Positions 7,776 to 14,982 of a DNA stretch of 25,468 bases are shown piece by piece. The position numbers and the translations under genes are program-made. The notes beneath the pieces were generated by a model, which saw only the letters and a program-made list of their open reading frames with translations, did no database searches and had not been told where the DNA came from. The stretch is from a virus (lineage: Duplodnaviria; Caudoviricetes), in the IMG/VR virus record IMGVR_UViG_3300020042_009499, positions 1 through 25,468 of that record; one strand, given 5' to 3'. How positions within the stretch are numbered: the first letter of the stretch is position 1; every line of letters starts with the position of its first letter.

Positions 7776-7896
7776 TTAAATTGTTGCTTGTTTTATCTGC
7801 TTCAATAGATTGTCTAGTCCTCTGCCGTCTTGTTTAGCTTTTTGAAATCTTAAAAGGCTCTAGCTTTTTTTGTCTTTCTTGATTAAGTCGTGCCAT
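7776..7896 (-). pseudogene. frameshifted, probably internally deleted small gene
   Basis: ATG at 7896 overlaps the upstream TAA; MARLNQERQKKLEP, then the +1 frame gives LRFQKAKQDGRGLDNLLKQIKQATI* ending just before the next gene. Confidence 0.55.
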
Positions 7897-8582
7897 TATG
7901 CTATGATTTTTTGGTATGCAAGTCTCATTTGTTTTTCAAGAAGCTCCTTATCCGTTTTTGGAACCTCAAATACAAATCGATTGATGTTTTTGTATTTACT
8001 TGAATCAGGCATGTAGGGAGTTTGTTTTCTGTCGTGGTCGTAATTAATCCAGTCAACCCCTTTTTGCAATTCAAAATCATCAATATTCGAGATGTATTCT
8101 AGGATTGCTGACATTTCACTTGCGTACGGATACCATACGATTAGTTCAGCAAAATCAACATTACATAGGACTGAGTTTGATACTAATTGCCAGTAGAATT
8201 CTTTCTTCTTAAGCTTGAATACTTCTATGCTTTTAGATTCGATTATCTCCGCAAGGTTGGCCAGTGACTTTCTAGTGAAAGGGCATTTTATATCACCAAC
8301 AAGGTTTGTCTTTTTTACATCCTTTGTCCCGCACCACATCCCAGACGGATGCATGTCAGTGTTTTTTGACTCAAGTGTATAGGAGGTGTCGAGGTAGTTG
8401 TTGAAAACATAACTCTCCATTGCATTTCCCCAAGCTAAGGGCCTGGTTGTTGGCTCTAGGTCTATTTCTATCCCCATTTTTCGCTCAATCCTTTTTTCTT
8501 CAATGTAGGTATCAAATTCTTTAGGGTTAACAACTCTTGAAGCTTGACTTGAAGTTGGGAGTCCTATTCTAATTGCATCCAT
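7896..8582 (-). CDS. YqaJ/lambda-exonuclease-like PD-(D/E)xK nuclease
   Basis: RIGLPTSS, WGNAME, GTKD...DIKCP and YWQL motifs; adjacent to the recombinase ATPase. Confidence 0.8.
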   Translation of the reverse strand: MDAIRIGLPTSSQASRVVNPKEFDTYIEEKRIERKMGIEIDLEPTTRPLAWGNAMESYVFNNYLDTSYTLESKNTDMHPSGMWCGTKDVKKTNLVGDIKCPFTRKSLANLAEIIESKSIEVFKLKKKEFYWQLVSNSVLCNVDFAELIVWYPYASEMSAILEYISNIDDFELQKGVDWINYDHDRKQTPYMPDSSKYKNINRFVFEVPKTDKELLEKQMRLAYQKIIA

Positions 8583-8583
8583 T

Positions 8584-9639
8584 CTAAAGGGCTTTTAAAG
8601 CGTTTATTGCTTTTTGGTACGAGGTGTATTCTTTTTCGTCAATTATACGCTTACAGTCAGTAGCGAATGGCTCTTGAAGTACTTCTTTCTTCAATTCATA
8701 AAGTTCAGAAAGCTGTGTCTCTAAAGAGCTCTCGTTTGATTCGGCTTCTGAATTAATCTTGTCATAAGCCTGTGCTGAAGCTTCATGTACTTTGTATTCT
8801 GGATTGAGTGCTTTTCTAGCAATAGGGTCTAGTGCTTTCCATGCTTCTTGAAGATCTTTTAATCCTTTTTCGCAAACGAGTATTATTTCTCCCCTGCTTT
8901 TTGTAACTATTGGGTTTTCCTTTTCGCCTAGTCTTACCCACTCAATAATTTTCTTTCCAGTTTCTTGGCCTAAATAAGCATTCCCAGCCCCAAAAGCTTC
9001 TTTAAGGTAATCAGGCACTTTGATCCAAGTTTGATTTTTCCCCTCATTTGAGAACATAACCGAAGCCATCATTTCAAAAAGAAAGTTCTTTTCACAAACG
9101 GCTTGCATTCCTTGTGGTACAAACTCCTTTTTGCCGTTTACGTCTTCAATTTTTACTTTTTCTCTCGCACGAATACAACAAATGATATGCATGTCTGCAT
9201 ACATTAGAACATTCATAAACTTCACCCTGTGTTCTTGTTTTGCTTTTTTCCAGTCGGCAACTTTTCTTTCTGTTCCATTTGCCGTAAGACTGCTTGCAAT
9301 GTCTTCTAACCCTCCAATACCCTCATACTCATGGCTTATAGAATCAATAACTAGAACTTTTACGCCAGCTTCCTGAAATTCTTTGATTGCTTGTCCATAC
9401 CGATCAGGAGAAAAAGGAGGATTTAGATTAGCATACAGGAATTGCCCATCTAACTTGTCTGAATAGAATGAACCTCGACCGTTTTCTGTATCAAGAAATC
9501 CAATTTCGGAAGCTTTTTCCACCATACCTCTAGCTGTGTAAAGTGCGCTTAATGTTTTTCCTGTTCCAGATGGTCCAGAATACCCTAGCAGCACTTTACT
9601 TTCGCCTCTTACTACTGGTTGAATATTTAGTATGCCCAT
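8584..9639 (-). CDS. AAA-family ATPase, Sak4-like single-strand annealing protein
   Basis: Walker A GPSGTGKT, FLDTENG, Walker B VLVIDSISHE; paired with the exonuclease. Confidence 0.85.
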   Translation of the reverse strand: MGILNIQPVVRGESKVLLGYSGPSGTGKTLSALYTARGMVEKASEIGFLDTENGRGSFYSDKLDGQFLYANLNPPFSPDRYGQAIKEFQEAGVKVLVIDSISHEYEGIGGLEDIASSLTANGTERKVADWKKAKQEHRVKFMNVLMYADMHIICCIRAREKVKIEDVNGKKEFVPQGMQAVCEKNFLFEMMASVMFSNEGKNQTWIKVPDYLKEAFGAGNAYLGQETGKKIIEWVRLGEKENPIVTKSRGEIILVCEKGLKDLQEAWKALDPIARKALNPEYKVHEASAQAYDKINSEAESNESSLETQLSELYELKKEVLQEPFATDCKRIIDEKEYTSYQKAINALKAL

Positions 9640-9658
9640 TGTTTTTTGTTATTAAAGT

Positions 9659-9847
9659 TTATCTGATTGCTCTAAAATGTAGGTCACCGTGTTTCTTGAA
9701 TTTAATATCGTACAATTCGCCTATTGCTTTAATTGTTGCCGCCTCTTGCGTAACACTAGAAACGCCAGTCTCCATCTTAAATACAGTTCTTAGATACTGT
9801 ATCTTGTTTTTAGTTTCTTCGTCTACTGCAATATTAGTCCTTACCAT
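9659..9847 (-). CDS. small DNA-binding regulator, ribbon-helix-helix-like
   Basis: 62 aa; RTNIAVDEETKNKI beta-alpha pattern; first gene after the leftward promoter. Confidence 0.6.
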   Translation of the reverse strand: MVRTNIAVDEETKNKIQYLRTVFKMETGVSSVTQEAATIKAIGELYDIKFKKHGDLHFRAIR

Positions 9848-9860
9848 TACTTTGTGTTTT

Positions 9861-9951
9861 AATCTGTCACAAAATTAGTTTTATTATTGTTATTAAAAAA
9901 TAATAATTGTGTTTTTTATTAATTATTTTAGTTGTAGGTTTGTGAAAGATT
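9861..9951. promoter_or_regulatory. divergent Bacteroidota promoters forming an imperfect inverted repeat
   Basis: TAATTTTG on - (9870-9877) and TAGGTTTG on + (9935-9942), both TAnnTTTG; arms 9861-9873 and 9939-9951 match 12/13; very AT-rich spacer. Confidence 0.7.
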
Positions 9952-10059
9952 TAGACGAAGTCAAAAGATTCTAGCGTGATTGAATTGGATAGAAATTATA
10001 ATTATAGGTTGATTAGAAGTTAGAACGCCTAATAGGGTATTATCACTAAATAAAAAGTT

Positions 10060-10296
10060 ATGTCACAAATAAAATGGGCTACACTTGACAACGAAAATGG
10101 CGATGCAACTTTAAAGCAACACGCCTATGTTTCACATGTTAGGAGCCGTTACGGAGTAGAATATCTTGGAAACAAGCAATTGTGCGCAAAAGGAGGCGTT
10201 CATGATGGGACTAGGTATGTTAAGATTGAGGAGATTGAAAATGAACCATTGAAAGATGGAAGGTGCAAGAGGTGTATTAGAATTTTGAACAAATAA
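10060..10296 (+). CDS. small Cys/His (possible Zn-binding) hypothetical protein
   Basis: 78 aa; KQH...LC...CKRC; A-rich leader. Confidence 0.7.
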   Translation: MSQIKWATLDNENGDATLKQHAYVSHVRSRYGVEYLGNKQLCAKGGVHDGTRYVKIEEIENEPLKDGRCKRCIRILNK

Positions 10297-10315
10297 CAGG
10301 CTATTCAAATAGAAT

Positions 10316-10852
10316 ATGAACGCACTAATAACAAGACAACACATCAACGCAGACATAGATGTGTGTGAAATGGGAGTTTCAGGAACACCCGACAAACTAA
10401 AATTCACTATTGAGACTGACGAAAACGAACAGTTTGGATTTGGAGTTGAATTCGAGGTTGGATTTACAGACGAAGAATGTGACGAAATAGATTGGAGTAC
10501 AGTTAATTTATTAGGAGACGAAACGCCCGAAACAGTTATTCGTTTTGAAAAGTTTTTGAAAATCTTTGAATTTGAACTTGAAAAAGACTTCAAAGAAATG
10601 GACATCAAAAATGTTGATACAGTTTTTATAGTTTTTAACGTTCTGGATACTAATCAATTTTTTATTGCTTGGTCTGGTGCTGAATGCGAAAAACCAGGAT
10701 TTGTAAAAGAACTATTAAATCACATGAATAGTAGAAGTATTGCTGAAATTGCAGGTTCTGGATATTTTTCGTGTGGTGCTATTTCATTACAACTGTTGAT
10801 TGATTTAGACCACGCCAAAACAAAAATGGCACTTCTTAGCGATGCGAGTTAG
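10316..10852 (+). CDS. acidic hypothetical protein
   Basis: 178 aa; strongly Asp/Glu-rich N-terminal half. Confidence 0.7.
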   Translation: MNALITRQHINADIDVCEMGVSGTPDKLKFTIETDENEQFGFGVEFEVGFTDEECDEIDWSTVNLLGDETPETVIRFEKFLKIFEFELEKDFKEMDIKNVDTVFIVFNVLDTNQFFIAWSGAECEKPGFVKELLNHMNSRSIAEIAGSGYFSCGAISLQLLIDLDHAKTKMALLSDAS

Positions 10853-10941
10853 CATAAACGAGCAGTATGGGTCGTTTATTAAATTTACACTAACGCGTTT
10901 ATCAATCGAGACAAAGTGCTAGTAATCAAAATACAATAGTC

Positions 10942-11316
10942 ATGCCTAGAAAAATAGTCTATATGAATGATTTTGTAAAATTTAAAAGAAAGATAAGCAG
11001 AAATAGAAAGGCAGATATTAAATCTATTTCTCCTAAAATTTCAATTTTAAAACAACTTGGCTTTAAATCAAGTGGATGGTTTGATTTTCCAACTGCTGGT
11101 AAATCCAGACTTTGGAAAAAGGTTGGAGAACACGTTTTTTTAGAAGTCAGGGATATAGATAAAGCTAAACTATTAGAAATTTCAGTTTACAATCACGAAA
11201 CATGGGTGCTTTGTTGTGGCTCTTATTACGATGCCCGAATGGATGATTTCTGCCCAAAATGCGGTAAAAAACCTTTTCAAGAACTAACCACTAAAGTGCC
11301 TGAGAAACAGAAATAG
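10942..11316 (+). CDS. basic hypothetical protein with C-terminal Zn-ribbon
   Basis: 124 aa; LCCG...FCPKCG. Confidence 0.7.
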   Translation: MPRKIVYMNDFVKFKRKISRNRKADIKSISPKISILKQLGFKSSGWFDFPTAGKSRLWKKVGEHVFLEVRDIDKAKLLEISVYNHETWVLCCGSYYDARMDDFCPKCGKKPFQELTTKVPEKQK

Positions 11317-11435
11317 GCGAATTCGTTCTTTTTCTTGGGTTTCCTCTAGTACTTTTTCTTTCAATTCCTAAGCTAGAGATTGAACCTGAAATTGAGGACA
11401 AAGAAAGCGAGTTTTATGATGACAATTTAGACTAA
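11304..11435 (+). pseudogene. possible start-less remnant of a small membrane-protein gene
   Basis: 43 open codons ETEIGEFVLFLGFPLVLFLSIPKLEIEPEIEDKESEFYDDNLD* fill the gap and stop 6 nt before the next ATG; no ATG in frame. Confidence 0.35.
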
Positions 11436-11441
11436 AATATT

Positions 11442-11732
11442 ATGTATACACAAGGTAAATGGGAGGTGCGAGGGAATCGTATTTTTCTTGAAGGAACTCA
11501 CAAAAGCATTGCCACAATAGAAGTTCAAAAGAACTTTGAAGACATTACTTTCAAGCCTATTAAAGACATAGAGGCACTGGCAAATGGCAAACTAATTGCA
11601 GATGCGCCTAATTTATTGGCACTATTGGAACAAATTGCAAATAGTCCTGAACCGTACAATGCTAATGAAAGACAAAGCTGGATCGACACTGCAAGGCAAT
11701 TGGCTACTATTGCTTGTTTGCCATATAGATAG
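11442..11732 (+). CDS. hypothetical phage protein (TxGxW...ANxxLIAxAP family)
   Basis: MYTQGKWEV and ANGKLIADAPNLL motifs, common in small phage early proteins. Confidence 0.8.
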   Translation: MYTQGKWEVRGNRIFLEGTHKSIATIEVQKNFEDITFKPIKDIEALANGKLIADAPNLLALLEQIANSPEPYNANERQSWIDTARQLATIACLPYR

Positions 11733-11733
11733 C

Positions 11734-12339
11734 TTATCTAGGAACAAATACGCCAGTTCCAAAACCTAAAGCACCGCCAACTACAAAGCCTCTAAAAAAC
11801 CATTTAGCGTTATTCCCAAACTTATGTGTTCGTAGTTTTGATAGTGAGTCGATTTTGTTGTCCTTCAAAGCCAAAAGATCCTTAAAAGCAGAATCGGACT
11901 TGAATCTGGAGATCCTTTCTTTCATCACCTCGAATTTCAGATCGTTGGTTGTTTCGATCAATGAGTCATTCAGCAGTTCCTTGTAGATCAAAAGCCGCCT
12001 GACACTGTCGTAAGCATTCGTGTCGCTGGTTACTTTACTACCTTCTACTTTAAACGTGCTGTTTGAGTCCATTTCTGAACGTCTCGGAAGGACTTTTGAT
12101 GTTCTTGGTAGTTTGCCTTGTTTTGACTTTATCGCTTGTTGTGAGGCAAAAATAGAGTCTTGTACATGTTCGATTATTTCTTGTACTTCGAACTCGGTTG
12201 CTATTGTGGCTTCTAGTTTCTTTTCTTGGACACGACTAGGCTCTTTTGGCTTTTCTGATCGACCGCACCATGTGACCAGAAGCACGATAATAATCAATAA
12301 TCCGATGGCGTACCATCCCAAGAATCTTGACGTTTTCAT
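11734..12339 (-). CDS. spanin-like protein (N-terminal TM + Cys, coiled-coil, C-terminal TM)
   Basis: Hydrophobic N-terminus ending VTWC, helical middle, C-terminal GFVVGGALGFGTGVFV; last gene of the lysis block. Confidence 0.6.
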   Translation of the reverse strand: MKTSRFLGWYAIGLLIIIVLLVTWCGRSEKPKEPSRVQEKKLEATIATEFEVQEIIEHVQDSIFASQQAIKSKQGKLPRTSKVLPRRSEMDSNSTFKVEGSKVTSDTNAYDSVRRLLIYKELLNDSLIETTNDLKFEVMKERISRFKSDSAFKDLLALKDNKIDSLSKLRTHKFGNNAKWFFRGFVVGGALGFGTGVFVPR

Positions 12340-12383
12340 AGTAATTACGTTCGAAAGTAAAATAATGATCCAGCTATTTTTGT

Positions 12384-12812
12384 TTAAGGCTTGAAAGTAA
12401 AATAGCCAGCCAGAAAAAGAACAATAGCTAGTATTTTGCAGATGGCATATTCTTTGCCACTACCACGCCCAAAGATGCATCTTACGATTAAGTCTAGCCA
12501 ACCAGTATTGCCAACGTACCATTTCGAAAGGCCTCTTTTCGTGTTGTATAACGGGTCAAAGAATAGTGAGAAAAAGCACATCATGTAGCCGATAAGAAAC
12601 AAGTTCACCCATTCGGTGCCATGGTTAAAGTAAACCGCAACAAAGCATATCGCAAGCGTTATCCAGAACCTGGTATAATGGTTCAGCGACTTGACCAGCC
12701 CCCACTTTTTATTGGTCAAATAAGCGTCAATTTCTGATCTTATTTCTGCCAAACAATAGGAAGCAATTGAAATCCACAAATACGGGAGTGCTATTTTTAC
12801 AAGATCGATCAT
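12384..12812 (-). CDS. multi-TM membrane protein (likely start MIDLVK at 12812)
   Basis: About 4 hydrophobic segments, FFDPLYN..RGL..WYVG motif; ATGA overlap with the upstream stop supports 12812 rather than 12860. Confidence 0.7.
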   Translation of the reverse strand: MIDLVKIALPYLWISIASYCLAEIRSEIDAYLTNKKWGLVKSLNHYTRFWITLAICFVAVYFNHGTEWVNLFLIGYMMCFFSLFFDPLYNTKRGLSKWYVGNTGWLDLIVRCIFGRGSGKEYAICKILAIVLFLAGYFTFKP

Positions 12813-12994
12813 TTGCCTAACCTTGAAATAAACAACCCTACCAATGTGCCAATACCACAATAAAAGAACAAGCTGCCTACTATTTCAAGTGGTTTTGAGT
12901 ACTCTTTCGTGTACGGGATGCTGCTTAGCCACATTGTAAACAATCCTAGTACTATCGCTACAATGGCTATTTTAGATGCGGTGTTCTTTGTCAT
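12809..12994 (-). CDS. small 2-TM membrane protein (holin-like)
   Basis: 61 aa, two TM helices, ATGA overlap with the lysozyme stop. Confidence 0.65.
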   Translation of the reverse strand: MTKNTASKIAIVAIVLGLFTMWLSSIPYTKEYSKPLEIVGSLFFYCGIGTLVGLFISRLGK

Positions 12995-13497
12995 GATTTT
13001 AAATCTTTGTAGTAATTAATTTCGTTTTTGAAGTACAAATGTGCTTCTGCGTTACGTCTCCTTGTTAATCCTAACAGCACCTTTCCCTTTGATTTATTCC
13101 AAACAAGAAATTCACCCCAAATTGTTTTATCATTCGGATTGGCCAGTATTTTTTTTAATAAAGTTGAGTCTCCAAGCCCTTCTGGAATATCGTCTTGGTC
13201 AATATCAGAGCCAATATTATAAGCAAATGAAAGGATTGCATTGAATTGGTGTTGTGGCAACTTTGTTTTTCCTATCAGTTTTGTAACGTCCTTTTCGAAC
13301 ATTGATAGGATGAATACAAACAAGATGTCTGCCTCAGTTTGAGTCAAAGGCTTATCTCTCAATGTAACCTTTTTGCCGTTTGGATAAAATGTATTTCCCC
13401 ACCCAATAGTAGGTATTCCCGCAGGACAAAGATGTGGATGTAAAATACAGCTCTCGAAATGCTTTATAAAGTCCTGTCCTTGCTTGTCTGCTTTCAT
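12991..13497 (-). CDS. GH24 phage lysozyme (endolysin)
   Basis: E15-x8-C24-x5-T30 triad, PTIGWG, QFNAILSFAYNIG, STLLKK, GLTRRRNAE. Confidence 0.95.
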   Translation of the reverse strand: MKADKQGQDFIKHFESCILHPHLCPAGIPTIGWGNTFYPNGKKVTLRDKPLTQTEADILFVFILSMFEKDVTKLIGKTKLPQHQFNAILSFAYNIGSDIDQDDIPEGLGDSTLLKKILANPNDKTIWGEFLVWNKSKGKVLLGLTRRRNAEAHLYFKNEINYYKDLKS

Positions 13498-13498
13498 T

Positions 13499-13939
13499 TC
13501 AATTTGTCATTTTAATTTCTTCCACTTTTTTGACCTCAGCTTTTAGTTCATTCATTAGCTCGACCAATCCATCTTGGATTTTTGGGGTGTTGTTATTAAA
13601 AGTTTCTAAGGCTTTTTTAATATGCCTGTAATCACTTTCTATATTAGTCCAAGCTCTTTTGGTGCTTTCATAGTTTTCTTCAATCTTATCAATTGAGGCC
13701 TTAAATTCTGTAATCGTTTCTACTGCTTTAGAAATTCTTTCCTCCTTTTTAATCGCTTCCTTACTGTTTTTTTCAATGTGGCTTTTCTTTACTTCTTGCC
13801 AGATTTTGTATTCCCCATAAATAACCACACCAATGAATGCGAGTATTGATCCTATAAGCCATGTAAGCCAATGGGAAAAATAAACTATCATTCCGTGATC
13901 AGAAGGATCGGTAAGTACAGGTATTTCGCAAAGAATCAT
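13499..13939 (-). CDS. single-TM coiled-coil protein (holin/lysis accessory)
   Basis: TM WLTWLIGSILAFIGVVIY followed by a long coiled-coil; immediately upstream of the lysozyme. Confidence 0.65.
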   Translation of the reverse strand: MILCEIPVLTDPSDHGMIVYFSHWLTWLIGSILAFIGVVIYGEYKIWQEVKKSHIEKNSKEAIKKEERISKAVETITEFKASIDKIEENYESTKRAWTNIESDYRHIKKALETFNNNTPKIQDGLVELMNELKAEVKKVEEIKMTN

Positions 13940-13946
13940 TTGAAGA

Positions 13947-14699
13947 CTATTTGATTGGGGCTAAGAAATGCTTGAATACCGAGTCTGTCTTTAAACCGTG
14001 TTGCCAGCTCCCATCATGACCTCCAGACGGATAATAAGAAGCCCTTGGTGTTGAATTTGAGTATTGATAAAGTGGACATTTTACAATATCCTTGATTAGA
14101 TTCTGAGTAGAGGTAACTCGAATAATGGCATCGTTTACACAGTGAAATCCCCATACTTTTTTGCCTACCAAAAGGCATTTGTCGGTAGTTGACAATGTAA
14201 TCACAGGTGCAAAAGTTGCAATGCCTTGGCATGAATAGTTTTTAACAAACACACTCACCCCTTCACTACCACCTGAATACCCCATAACGTATATCTGGTT
14301 CGTATCAATTCGGTATTTGGCTATAATGGTATCGAGTAGATTTTTGTACCAAGACTTTTCCCCCCACTTAGGCTTCCAGCCGTTTGTTTGAGGTGAAATT
14401 ACAACCGCTTCAACACTCAACCCTTGGTCTAGTCTTCTTGGCACAAACGAGCCTCGCAGAATGTCTGGCGCTAAAGTCCCTTTTTGACCGTTACCATGAA
14501 AGCTCAGGATTAAGGGATAGCTCACACACGGATTCAGATAATATGAATCAGGCGTATAAGCCAAATAGCCAACCCTAAACGGCTTCTGAACGACCTCGTT
14601 GATCTTGTAATCCGAAATGGTCAGGTATTCGGTCGTTTGCCTTTTGCGTTGTGCAAATAAACTTGATACTGCGAGTAATAGAATTAGGATCGCTTTCAT
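13947..14699 (-). CDS. exported alpha/beta hydrolase (esterase/peptidase-like)
   Basis: Signal peptide MKAILILLLAVSSLFA|Q; YPLILSFHG, IYVMGYSGG nucleophile elbow, WGFHCVND, GGHD. Confidence 0.85.
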   Translation of the reverse strand: MKAILILLLAVSSLFAQRKRQTTEYLTISDYKINEVVQKPFRVGYLAYTPDSYYLNPCVSYPLILSFHGNGQKGTLAPDILRGSFVPRRLDQGLSVEAVVISPQTNGWKPKWGEKSWYKNLLDTIIAKYRIDTNQIYVMGYSGGSEGVSVFVKNYSCQGIATFAPVITLSTTDKCLLVGKKVWGFHCVNDAIIRVTSTQNLIKDIVKCPLYQYSNSTPRASYYPSGGHDGSWQHGLKTDSVFKHFLAPIK

Positions 14700-14700
14700 A

Positions 14701-14964
14701 TTATTTTAAAGTTTCAGTTTTTGGTTTTCCATTAAACCACGCATATGTAATGTACGTCAGTGCAGTAGTTAGGCCGGCAATTGCAATAGCTTTCCAGTCA
14801 AACACCATTTTCTCCGCTTTTAGACTTTGGATTGCAACTGTAATGCAATCAACCAAAATCCCTCGCATCAATGCTTGTACTGCATCTCTGATTCCTATTC
14901 TCCATTTTTGGCTGTTGATTTTTGGGAAGAAAAACAGCAATAAACCACTTGTTATCTTTTTCAT
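14701..14964 (-). CDS. holin-like membrane protein
   Basis: 87 aa; FDWKAIAIAGLTTALTYI motif; two hydrophobic segments; first gene of the lysis block. Confidence 0.65.
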   Translation of the reverse strand: MKKITSGLLLFFFPKINSQKWRIGIRDAVQALMRGILVDCITVAIQSLKAEKMVFDWKAIAIAGLTTALTYITYAWFNGKPKTETLK

Positions 14965-14982
14965 GATTGATTAATTTTTAGA

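Noticed and set aside
10132-10608. 158-aa - strand ORF over the accessory block
   Set aside because: Ser-rich antisense of the acidic + strand gene; the + strand ORFs have leaders and a promoter
10854-10879. Hairpin ATAAACGA-N10-TCGTTTAT as terminator or attC-like site
   Set aside because: AT-rich 8-bp stem, no U-tract, not repeated between the other cassette genes
11726-11740. Palindrome TAGATA-GCT-TATCTA at the convergent stops
   Set aside because: Explained by both genes ending AGA-stop; too weak for a terminator
12813-12860. Longer N-terminus for the 12384 membrane protein
   Set aside because: Overlaps the upstream gene; the ATGA-coupled start at 12812 is more plausible
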